Assembly (NCBI GenBank): GCA_046758365.1
Contig: JBHIAC010000124.1
Coordinates: 1-10,114, forward strand
Direction of reading: 5' to 3'
Length of the DNA stretch: 10,114 nt
From: a bacterium
GTDB taxonomy: Bacteria; Zhuqueibacterota; Zhuqueibacteria; Oceanimicrobiales; Oceanimicrobiaceae
Shown: positions 1 to 7,932 of the stretch, in pieces
How positions within the stretch are numbered: position 1 is the stretch's first letter
Layout: each line of letters opens with the position of its first letter
Program-made: the position numbers and the translations under genes
Notes under the pieces: model-generated
What the model was told of the DNA's origin: nothing
Database searches by the model: none
What the model saw: the letters and a program-made list of their open reading frames with translations, nothing else

Positions 1-1
1 A

Positions 2-673
2 CTTTTTCAAAAGAACCTCATTTCTAAAGAGGATTTTCAAAATGTACGTTTTCAGTACGACGCACAAAAAGCCGCTTTCGAAAAGGCAAAACTTAATTTA
101 GAGTATGCCTCTATTCGGGCGCCTATTACCGGCGTAGTTGCTACTCGCTACATTAAAACTGGTAACATGGTAAACCTGAATCAACCTGTATTTAAAGTTG
201 TAGATTTCGAGCATCTAATTGCAAATCTATTTGTGCCAGAAGTGGAAATTCGCAAAATTCAGATAAGACAACGATCTGAACTAAGTTTTGACGCTTCAAA
301 CGGAACCGTGTTTGATGGATATGTGGAGCGCATCAGTCCTATTGTTGATCCAACGAGTGGGACTGTGAAAGTTACCGTAGCGGTGAAGAGTGACAACTCA
401 TATATCAAGCCTGGCATGTTTGCAAGGGTTCGAATTATTTATGATACACACCAAAATAGTTTGCTCATTCCCAAACAAGCCCTGCTTTCAGAAGATGGTT
501 CTGAAGTGGTTTTTACGATTCAAGACTCTTTGGCCCTCAAAAAGATAGTTAAAACTGGTTATACTTCAGAGTCTCTGGTTGAAATTTTGCATGGGTTGTC
601 TTTAGGCGAACAAGTTGTTGTGGTTGGTCAAAATGGACTCAAAGATAGCTCGAAAGTTGAGATTGTACAATGA
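2..673 (+). CDS. Efflux RND transporter periplasmic adaptor (membrane fusion protein), 5'-truncated by the window edge
   Basis: The frame of the 167..673 ORF is open back to base 2: LFQKNLISKEDFQNVRFQYDAQKAAFEKAKLNLEYASIRAPITGVVATRYIKTGNMV. This covers the end of the alpha-hairpin and the lipoyl-like IRAPITGVV motif. Downstream are the typical MFP motifs ISPIVDPTSGTVKV, IKPGMFARV, LLIPKQAL and GLSLGEQVVVVGQ. The gene lies directly upstream of an RND permease. Confidence 0.95.
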   Translation, partial: LFQKNLISKEDFQNVRFQYDAQKAAFEKAKLNLEYASIRAPITGVVATRYIKTGNMVNLNQPVFKVVDFEHLIANLFVPEVEIRKIQIRQRSELSFDASNGTVFDGYVERISPIVDPTSGTVKVTVAVKSDNSYIKPGMFARVRIIYDTHQNSLLIPKQALLSEDGSEVVFTIQDSLALKKIVKTGYTSESLVEILHGLSLGEQVVVVGQNGLKDSSKVEIVQ

Positions 674-697
674 TCCTGGATGCTGTAAGGGCTTAAT

Positions 698-3600
698 ATG
701 AAGATTATTGACTTTTCTATCCGCCGCCGGGTGACTGTCTCTATGGTTACCCTTGCTGTTGTAATATTTGGATTTGTTGCATTTAATCGGTTAGATGTTA
801 CACTTCTACCGAATTTAACCTACCCTACATTAACTATTCGCACTGAATATCTTGGGGCTGCTCCCGTTGAGGTCGAAAACTTAGTGACAAAGCCTATAGA
901 AGAAGCCTTGGGTGTGGTGAAAAACCTCATCGAAGTGCGTTCAATATCCCGATCTGGTCAGTCCGATGTCATTCTGGAATTTGAATGGGGGACGAATATG
1001 GATTATGCAGGTCTGGAAGTACGCGAGAAGTTAGATGCTTTAGACCTGCCCTTAGAAGTGAAAAAGCCACTGGTTTTGCGGTTCGATCCATCTTTGGACC
1101 CTATAGTTACATTAGCATTATATCGTCAACGAGAAAATCAAGAAAAATCAAAAGAAAATATTAAGCTTGCTAATCTTGAAAATAGTAATTCAAATTCAAA
1201 AGATGATTTGTTTGATGAATCTAATTTAAAGTATTTAAGAACCTTATCCGAAGAGCAGCTAAAAAAAGAATTGGAATCCATTCAAGGTGTGGCCGCTGTT
1301 AAAATTAGTGGAGGATTAGAGGAAGAAATTCAAATTGAAGTAGATCAAGGGAAATTGGCCCAATTAAATTTGACCATTCAAGAGGTGGCCAGGCGTCTCA
1401 GGCAAGAAAATGTAAATTTAGCTGGAGGAAGCCTAAAAGAAGGTACCCATCAATATTTGGTGCGTACGTTAAATCAATTCAAATCTGTTGATGAAATCCG
1501 AAATGTCATTCTAAGAGCTAAAGAAGGCTCAAAAATTTATCTGAAAGATATAGCAAATGTAATAGAAGGATACAAAGAAAGAAAGGCGATTACTAGAATA
1601 GATGGGGTCGAAGCCGTTGAAATTGCTATTTACAAAGAGGGCGATGCCAATACGGTTACGGTTGCAAGAGCCATGAAAAAACGTTTGAAACCTATTAATA
1701 AATTGTTACCTGAAGGGTCCAATCTTAAATTAGTTTACGACCAATCAATATTTATTGAAAATTCCGTGAATGAAGTTATCAATGCTGCTGTGATTGGTGG
1801 GATTTTGGCGTTTTTTGTTCTTTATTTCTTTTTGAGAAATATCTGGAGTACGGTAATCATCTGTTTGGCCATCCCTATTTCCGTTATCGCCACCTTTAAT
1901 CTGATGTTTGGCGGTCATATTACTTTGAACATCATGTCTCTCGGTGGTATTGCCTTAGGTATTGGCATGCTTGTTGATAACTCAATAGTGGTTTTGGAGA
2001 GCATATTTCGATACCGAGAAAAAGGAGACAGAACTATTGATGCGGCTCAGTTAGGCGCGAGTGAAGTGGGCATGGCAGTCACTGCCTCAACCTTGACGAC
2101 CATAGCCGTTTTTTTCCCTCTGGTTTTTGTGAAAGGCATTGCGGGACAACTTTTTCGGGATCAGGCTTTGACGGTAACATTTTCACTTCTCGCCTCTTTA
2201 GCCGTGGCTCTAACCCTCATTCCCTTGATGGCTTCTTTAGGTGGCAAAAAGAATCAGGCACTGGAGTTTATTCAAGAATCGGAAAAGCATAAAAGACCTC
2301 ACGGTAAGATTGTTCGGGGGTTAAAGAGATTTTTCAATTTTATATTTTCAAGGGTACCTACTTTTTTTCTAACTTGGGTGATTCGAATAACCAAGGTCAT
2401 TTCCAATGTAATTAAATTTTTGGCTACCCCTGTAGTAAATATTTTTGAAAAAGCATTTGATTCGGTTAATAAAAAATATCCAAAATTCCTGGATTGGGCG
2501 CTAAGTCATAGACTTGCCACTTTAGGAATCGCTATTGGGCTTTTTGTTTTGAGTATGCTTCTTATTCCAAAACTGGGGGTTGAATTGATTCCACAATTGT
2601 CTCAAGGGGAATTTATAGTTGAGGTTAAGTTGCCGCCAGGAACTCCTCTGAAGAAGACGGATGGACTCATTGAGAGGATGCAAAGAGAAGCCCATGGAAA
2701 TAAAATGATTCATACCATGTTTTCCGTGGCTGGCATGGGCAACCGATTGGATGCCAATCCCGAAGCAGGCGGAGAAAATTGGGGAGAACTCAGGGTTAAA
2801 ATGGCTTCCGGCTCCGATCGGTCTGACGAAGAGCGCTTAATGACTGAACTGAGAAGCCGATTTAGTCGATTAGCAGGGGCAGAATATAAATTTACGAGAC
2901 CCACACTGTTTACCTTTAAAACCCCAATAGAAGTAGAGGTTGCTGGTTACGACCTTAAAGGCCTCAAAGAATTGTCTGATATAATTGCTCGTAATTTAGA
3001 AGAGAATCCTAAATTTACAGATATTAAATCGACCATGAAAGGCGGTTACCCTGAAATTCAAATATATTTTGACCGAGAAAGAATTGCTTCCTATGGCCTA
3101 CAGGTGCCGCAAGTAGCCCAAACCGTGGTTAATAAAGTGAAAGGGGAATTGGCCACGCGCTACTCCTTACGCGATCGCAAAATCGATGTATTGGTTCGAG
3201 CTCGGGAAAAAGACCGCGAATCCATTGAAAACATTCGACGAATGCTTGTCAATCCTGTTAATATGCCGCCGATAACTTTGGCTTCGGTAGCAAACGTAAT
3301 AGTGGATATGGGGCCCGGAGAAATCCACCGTTCGGGACAGCAACGCGTGGCATTGGTTAGAGCTAATTTGGTAGGACATGATTTGGGTGGCGCGGCAGAA
3401 GATATTAATGGACTCATCAGTTCTCTGCGAGCCCCTGAAGAATTTAACATTCGCTTAGCTGGACAGAGTAATGAAATGGCCGTCTCCTTTCAGTCCTTGC
3501 GCTTTGCACTCCTGTTTGCTATTTTCTTAGTCTATTTAGTTATGGCCTCTCAATTTGAATCACTGCTTCATCCATTTGTAATCATGTTTACCATCCCTTT

Positions 3601-3979
3601 AGCCTTGATTGGTGTTGTTTTTGCCCTCTTATTAACAGGTAATTCCATTAGTGTGGTTGTGTTCATTGGTCTTATTATGCTTGCAGGAATCGTAGTAAAC
3701 AACGCGATTGTTTTAATCGATTATATTAATCAGCGACGCAGAAAAGGCCTGGCAAAATTAGAGGCCATTAAAGAAGCTGGACAAGTGCGACTTCGTCCCA
3801 TTATGATGACCACCTTGACGACTGCTTTAGGGTTGCTACCTCTGGCTTTGGGTCTGGGTGAAGGTGCTGAAGTCCGTGCACCAATGGCCATTACCGTGAT
3901 TGGCGGATTGCTGGTTTCGACTATGTTAACTCTCGTAGTAATTCCAGTGGTGTATTCTATTGTTGATAGGAAGGCTTGA
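698..3979 (+). CDS. Efflux RND transporter permease subunit (AcrB/AcrD/AcrF family), copy 1
   Basis: 1093 aa with RND topology: an N-terminal TM helix, two large periplasmic loops and two TM clusters. Motifs GAAPVEVENLVTKPIEEAL, GMLVDNSIVVLESI (TM4), GIVVNNAIVLID (TM10), RLRPIMMTTLTT (TM11) and PMAITVIGGL. Confidence 0.97.
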   Translation: MKIIDFSIRRRVTVSMVTLAVVIFGFVAFNRLDVTLLPNLTYPTLTIRTEYLGAAPVEVENLVTKPIEEALGVVKNLIEVRSISRSGQSDVILEFEWGTNMDYAGLEVREKLDALDLPLEVKKPLVLRFDPSLDPIVTLALYRQRENQEKSKENIKLANLENSNSNSKDDLFDESNLKYLRTLSEEQLKKELESIQGVAAVKISGGLEEEIQIEVDQGKLAQLNLTIQEVARRLRQENVNLAGGSLKEGTHQYLVRTLNQFKSVDEIRNVILRAKEGSKIYLKDIANVIEGYKERKAITRIDGVEAVEIAIYKEGDANTVTVARAMKKRLKPINKLLPEGSNLKLVYDQSIFIENSVNEVINAAVIGGILAFFVLYFFLRNIWSTVIICLAIPISVIATFNLMFGGHITLNIMSLGGIALGIGMLVDNSIVVLESIFRYREKGDRTIDAAQLGASEVGMAVTASTLTTIAVFFPLVFVKGIAGQLFRDQALTVTFSLLASLAVALTLIPLMASLGGKKNQALEFIQESEKHKRPHGKIVRGLKRFFNFIFSRVPTFFLTWVIRITKVISNVIKFLATPVVNIFEKAFDSVNKKYPKFLDWALSHRLATLGIAIGLFVLSMLLIPKLGVELIPQLSQGEFIVEVKLPPGTPLKKTDGLIERMQREAHGNKMIHTMFSVAGMGNRLDANPEAGGENWGELRVKMASGSDRSDEERLMTELRSRFSRLAGAEYKFTRPTLFTFKTPIEVEVAGYDLKGLKELSDIIARNLEENPKFTDIKSTMKGGYPEIQIYFDRERIASYGLQVPQVAQTVVNKVKGELATRYSLRDRKIDVLVRAREKDRESIENIRRMLVNPVNMPPITLASVANVIVDMGPGEIHRSGQQRVALVRANLVGHDLGGAAEDINGLISSLRAPEEFNIRLAGQSNEMAVSFQSLRFALLFAIFLVYLVMASQFESLLHPFVIMFTIPLALIGVVFALLLTGNSISVVVFIGLIMLAGIVVNNAIVLIDYINQRRRKGLAKLEAIKEAGQVRLRPIMMTTLTTALGLLPLALGLGEGAEVRAPMAITVIGGLLVSTMLTLVVIPVVYSIVDRKA

Positions 3980-4024
3980 AAATTTGTCGATATATTTTAG
4001 CACTAATTGATTATATTCGAAGAA

Positions 4025-4048
4025 GGAGTAATGGAGTAGTGGAGTAAT
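4025..4048 (+). repeat. Tandem 8-bp repeat array GGAGTA(A/G)T x3 (left arm of an inverted repeat)
   Basis: GGAGTAAT (4025-4032), GGAGTAGT (4033-4040) and GGAGTAAT (4041-4048), read directly from the sequence. Confidence 0.9.
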
Positions 4049-4056
4049 GGATTTTT

Positions 4057-4143
4057 AGATTGGTGGAATCACTTGAAAATAATAAAAATAAGGGCACATG
4101 GATTAATCGAATTTCAGATGATAAAGAGGAGTATTATCAATGA
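4057..4143 (+). pseudogene. Probable C-terminal remnant of a four-helix-bundle (23S rRNA IVS protein-like) gene
   Basis: Reads RLVESLENNKNKGTWINRISDDKEEYYQ-stop with no in-frame ATG and an in-frame TAA at 4045-4047. It resembles, from recall only, the C-terminal tail of four-helix-bundle proteins, and it sits between inverted short-repeat arrays as such genes often do. Confidence 0.55.
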
Positions 4144-4152
4144 AAGTTTTTT

Positions 4153-4176
4153 ATTACTCCAATACTCCAATACTCG
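4153..4176 (-). repeat. Tandem 8-bp repeat array A(T/A)TACTC(C/G) x3 (right arm, reverse complement of the left array)
   Basis: ATTACTCC (4153-4160), AATACTCC (4161-4168) and AATACTCG (4169-4176). The reverse complement of 4153-4175 matches 4026-4048 at 21 of 23 positions. Confidence 0.9.
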
Positions 4177-4212
4177 TTAAATTTTTACAATCTCTAAATT
4201 AAAGAAAGAATC

Positions 4213-7200
4213 ATGAATATTTCAAAAATAGCGCTCCGTAGACCCATAACCACGGTCATGGTTTTTTTATCCTTGTTCCTGTTAGGCGGCATTGCCGGAA
4301 ATATGCTTCCTTTTGAATTTCTACCTGATTTAGATTTTCCTGGAATTTATATCCAATTTCCTTATCCCAATTCTACACCAAAAGAAGTTGAAGAATTGAT
4401 AGCCATTCCAGTAGAGGAAGTTCTCGGAACGATGAGTGGGGTTAAACGCATGAATTCGAATTCAGATGAAAATGGGGTCGGTATTAATTTAGAATTTAAT
4501 TGGGGTGAAGATACTTCTATTAAAGCCATGGAAGCTAGAGAAAAAATAGAGAGCATTTGGAATCAACTTCCCGCCGACTTAGAGCGATATTTTGTATATA
4601 AATATTCGTCTTCGGACATTCCCATCATGAACCTTCGTCTTTCTTCGACTCGCGACCTTTCCAATAGTTACGACCTTTTAGACCGTAATGTGAAGAGGCG
4701 CATCGAACGTATTCCAGGGGTCTCAAAAGTCCAGTTGCATGGGGTTGAAAAAAAAGAAATCATAATAGACCTCATGGCCGACCGAGTTTTAGCACATAAA
4801 GTTGATATTGGGCAGCTTCAGCAAAATCTCCGCAATTCCAATCTGGCTTTAACGGCCGGACGAATCACCGATGGACAGAAACGATATAATGTACGACCCT
4901 TGGTTGAGTTTCAAAGTTTGGAGGAAATTGAAAATCTGGTTATAAGTGACAAAGGCTTACGTCTAAACGATATTGCTAAAGTGCGATATGATCACCCCGA
5001 ATTGGATTACGGCCGTCACTTAGACCGCAAATACGCCATAGGTTTGGAAATATTTAAAGAAGCTGGTGCAAATACAGTTGAAGTAGCCGAACGGGTCATG
5101 GAGGCTATTAGGGAGATAGAAAGCAGTACAGAAATGCAAGGTATCAAGCTCTATTTTATGGATAATGCTGCCCAAGGCATCGTTTCCTCTATTGATGAGC
5201 TTTTGAAATCAGGTTTATGGGGGGCTTTTTTTGCGATTTTAGTTTTGTACTTCTTTTTAAGAAGAATCTCAACTACCTTTATTGTAGCATTGGCGATTCC
5301 TTTTTCTTTGATTATAACGATGGGATTTATGTACTTTCTCAACATGTCTTTAAACATTCTGACCATGATGGGGTTGATGCTTTCAGTTGGTATGCTCGTC
5401 GATAATGCCGTCGTGATAACGGAGAGTATCTTTCGTCACCAGCAGCTTGGGGAAAAACCTGTACAAGCGACCATGGTTGGAATTAAAGAGGTCGGTTTGG
5501 CCGTGGCTGCGGCTACCTCTACCACAGCGATTGTATTCCTGCCATTTGTTATGTCATCTGACAACGAAATAGCTATTTACATAAAACATGTATCTTTGAC
5601 TATCATCATTGCGTTAGCTGCCTCTCTGTTAATTGCCCAAACGCTTATCCCGTTACTGACCTCTAAAATTAAATATAAAACTAAGATACAAAAATCGACT
5701 ATTATTGAAAGAGCCGCTATTCATTACGGTAAAATACTCAAGTGGACTTTGGAGCATCCGGGTTATTCTACCTTATTAATCATTGCAATATTGGCGAGTA
5801 CGGTTTTACCAATTATGAAAGTAAAAATCGACATGTTTCCCGATAGAGATGATAGACGATTGTATTTGAGATACCACGTCAATGGAAATTACAGGGTTAA
5901 TAAAGTAGAAGAAGCGGTTGACAAAATGGAAGAATATCTTTATGCGAATAAAGAAAAATTTGATATCGAATCTGTTTATTCCTACTATCAAACTGGCTAT
6001 GCTATGTCCACTTTAATTTTAACAGAGGAAGAAAAGGCAACAAAATCCGAATTTGAAGTACGTAAAGAAATTGAAAAAGATATACCTAAAATTACCATTG
6101 GAAATCCATCTTTTGAAAGAAAATCTTCATCAGGCAATGAGGAGACCATAAGCATTCAATTGTGGGGGGATTCCAGCGAACTTTTGGCAGATTTGAGTAA
6201 AGATGTTGAATGGAGGCTTTCGAAAATTTCTGGGCTGAGGGATGTACGATCCTCGGCCGAAGGAGGAGATCGGGAAGTCCATATCAAAGTGAACCAGGAT
6301 CAAGCCCAAAAGCATGACTTTTCCGCACAAGATGTGGGCCAAATCGTGGCTGTGGCTTTGCGCGGTCAGAATTTGCGACGCTTTAAGACTCCTACCGGTG
6401 AGATTGAAATGAAATTAAGATTACAAGATTCTGATCGGGAAAACTTAGAGCAGTTAAAAAATTTGGTATTGTATGACGATTTTGGCAAGCCAGTAGAATT
6501 AGCAACTCTGGTTGATTTTAATTGGCGTAAAGGTCCCCAAAGTATCCACCGAGTGAATCGCCAAACAACTATGGAAGTCAATGCTGCTCTTGAAGGAATA
6601 AGCGTTCGCGAAGCCAGAAAGAAAATTGAACTGCAATTAGCTAATTTTGATTTACCCCCAGGCTATTCCTGGGGTTTCGGTCAGCGATTTGAACGGGAAG
6701 ATGAAACGGCTAAAATAATGATGATAAATATGGTTCTCGCGCTGATTCTGATTTATTTTGTTATGGCATCTTTATTTGAATCCTTGATTTATCCTGCTGC
6801 AATCTGGACCTCCATAATTTTTGCTATCGTTGGTACTTTTTGGTTTTTCTGGATCACTGGCACTACCTTTTCTTTAATGGCCTGGATCGGGGTATTTATT
6901 CTAATTGGGATTGTCGTAAACAATGGCATCGTTCTCATTGATCACATAAATCAAATGAGAGCTGAAGGTTTACTTCGTAAAGAAGCCATTCTCGAGGCGG
7001 CTCTACACCGCATGCGGCCTATCTTGATGACCGCCGGCACTACCGTTCTTGGACTCATTCCACTTTCCGTAGGTAAAACCCTCATTGGCGGTGATGGCCC
7101 CCCTTACTTTCCCATGGCCAGGGCTATTGTGGGCGGGCTAATGTTTTCAACTGTCGTTACTTTGATTATCTTACCTACTATTTACGTGGGTTTGGATAAT

Positions 7201-7287
7201 TTGAAATTGTGTGGGAGGAAGGTTTTGCAGAAGGCTACGGGTAAGGAAACGTTGAAAACGTCAAAAAATATTGAGCTTGTGTCATAA
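4213..7287 (+). CDS. Efflux RND transporter permease subunit (AcrB/AcrD/AcrF family), copy 2
   Basis: 1024 aa. Motifs PNSTPKEVEELIAIPVEEVL, GMLVDNAVVITESI (TM4), GIVVNNGIVLID (TM10), RMRPILMTAGTT (TM11) and PMARAIVGGL. It is a diverged paralogue of 698..3979. Confidence 0.97.
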   Translation: MNISKIALRRPITTVMVFLSLFLLGGIAGNMLPFEFLPDLDFPGIYIQFPYPNSTPKEVEELIAIPVEEVLGTMSGVKRMNSNSDENGVGINLEFNWGEDTSIKAMEAREKIESIWNQLPADLERYFVYKYSSSDIPIMNLRLSSTRDLSNSYDLLDRNVKRRIERIPGVSKVQLHGVEKKEIIIDLMADRVLAHKVDIGQLQQNLRNSNLALTAGRITDGQKRYNVRPLVEFQSLEEIENLVISDKGLRLNDIAKVRYDHPELDYGRHLDRKYAIGLEIFKEAGANTVEVAERVMEAIREIESSTEMQGIKLYFMDNAAQGIVSSIDELLKSGLWGAFFAILVLYFFLRRISTTFIVALAIPFSLIITMGFMYFLNMSLNILTMMGLMLSVGMLVDNAVVITESIFRHQQLGEKPVQATMVGIKEVGLAVAAATSTTAIVFLPFVMSSDNEIAIYIKHVSLTIIIALAASLLIAQTLIPLLTSKIKYKTKIQKSTIIERAAIHYGKILKWTLEHPGYSTLLIIAILASTVLPIMKVKIDMFPDRDDRRLYLRYHVNGNYRVNKVEEAVDKMEEYLYANKEKFDIESVYSYYQTGYAMSTLILTEEEKATKSEFEVRKEIEKDIPKITIGNPSFERKSSSGNEETISIQLWGDSSELLADLSKDVEWRLSKISGLRDVRSSAEGGDREVHIKVNQDQAQKHDFSAQDVGQIVAVALRGQNLRRFKTPTGEIEMKLRLQDSDRENLEQLKNLVLYDDFGKPVELATLVDFNWRKGPQSIHRVNRQTTMEVNAALEGISVREARKKIELQLANFDLPPGYSWGFGQRFEREDETAKIMMINMVLALILIYFVMASLFESLIYPAAIWTSIIFAIVGTFWFFWITGTTFSLMAWIGVFILIGIVVNNGIVLIDHINQMRAEGLLRKEAILEAALHRMRPILMTAGTTVLGLIPLSVGKTLIGGDGPPYFPMARAIVGGLMFSTVVTLIILPTIYVGLDNLKLCGRKVLQKATGKETLKTSKNIELVS

Positions 7288-7332
7288 ATAACAATTCTGG
7301 ATTACCTAATCAAATTCTTTACTTTTGCTTGG

Positions 7333-7382
7333 TTTGTATTTAACATGTCGATTTATACTCTATTAGCTTACCTAAATACAAA
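7333..7382. repeat. 10-bp perfect inverted repeat with 30-nt spacer, overlapping a possible degenerate dif-like site
   Basis: TTTGTATTTA (7333-7342) and TAAATACAAA (7373-7382). The sequence ATTTAACAT-GTCGAT-TTATACTCTAT lies at 7338-7363. The region is AT-rich, so significance is uncertain. Confidence 0.4.
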
Positions 7383-7541
7383 ATTAGGCAGAATGGTACC
7401 TGAACTCAATGAACCTGATGTTCGTGAGATAATATATAGTAGATATAGGATAGTCTACAAAATTAAAGGAACGTTGTCGAGATATGGACAGTTTTTCATT
7501 GCAGTCAAGATCCAGAAAAATTTAATAATGTGTTCGTTTAG
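7381..7541 (+). pseudogene. RelE/ParE-family type II toxin fragment (N-terminus missing, frameshifted)
   Basis: KLGRMVPELNEPDVREIIYSRYRIVYKIK (7381-7467) fits the GRxVPE...RE...YRIxY pattern. A -1 shift near 7459-7470 continues as NVVEIWTVFHCSQDPEKFNNVFV-TAG (7470-7541), the expected VEIxxVFH C-terminal strand. No antitoxin gene is visible. Confidence 0.8.
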
Positions 7542-7932
7542 GTTGTATTCAACAACTTGGGAGTTTTTATCTACAAAGGCAACTTTGCCAGTTGTGGCTC
7601 CATCCTTGACTATTAAAATGTCCTCTGGCTCAATTTCGCTGTTACGATGAGCCTTGTGCAATTCCTTGGAAATTAGTCATGGTTCTTTTAGACAGATATC
7701 TCCGTAACTATCTATATGTTCTCCCCCAAGGCTCAGAATCGTGCCTTGAGATCGTCTGACGCCACCTACGGGTCGTTTGACCACTAACGAATTTCATTAC
7801 TGTTCCACTCAATGCCTTAATCATGTGTTTGCTTGATCTTAGAATATTCTCTAACATCTTAAATTTCGGCTGATGAAAATAGGGATCAAGGCGTTTGTTT
7901 TTAATTTGACCAAAGCTAACAACAAGTTCAAA
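7527..7932 (-). pseudogene. Restriction-modification specificity subunit (HsdS-type target recognition domain) fragment
   Basis: The minus strand reads FELVVSFGQIKNKRLDPYFHQPKF...MKFVSG, then one extra base at about 7779, then KRPVGGVRRSQGTILSLGGEHIDSYGDICLKEP. After an in-frame TGA (7679-7677) it continues LISKELHKAHRNSEIEPEDILIVKDGATTGKVAFVDKNSQVVEYNLNEHI. The motifs RLDP, SGxRPxGG, SLGGEHI, DILIVKDGATTGKVA and NEH are typical of S-subunit TRDs. It is truncated at both ends. Confidence 0.82.

Noticed and set aside
167..673. ATG at 167 as the start of the adaptor gene
   Set aside because: The frame is open to the window edge and encodes MFP hairpin and lipoyl motifs upstream, so the true start lies outside the window.
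3976..4020. Internal sigma70-like promoter upstream of the second permease
   Set aside because: TTG-containing and TA-rich hexamers are present, but no -35/-10 pair has convincing sequence and spacing.
4025..4176. CRISPR array or intact IS element
   Set aside because: The repeats are 8-bp tandem units with no spacers. There are no cas or transposase genes and no clear target-site duplication.
2522..6581. Short antisense or alternate-frame ORFs inside the RND genes (2522..2713, 2710..2904, 3160..3450, 3167..3379, 4362..4556, 5151..5366, 5217..5405, 5806..5991, 6130..6342, 6366..6581)
   Set aside because: They are fully nested in well-supported long CDSs and have no recognisable motifs, so they are treated as shadow ORFs.
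698..7287. Calling the RND pumps CusA/CzcA heavy-metal exporters, or assigning mdtB/mdtC symbols
   Set aside because: TM4 reads GMLVDN rather than the heavy-metal-efflux pattern I recall. The pumps are on the opposite strand and separated from the metal operon by pseudogene debris. Orthology cannot be established by eye.
7677..7679. In-frame TGA in the HsdS-like fragment as a second Sec codon
   Set aside because: It is not in a recognisable Cys motif, I saw no convincing downstream hairpin, and the same fragment is frameshifted and truncated. A nonsense mutation is simpler.
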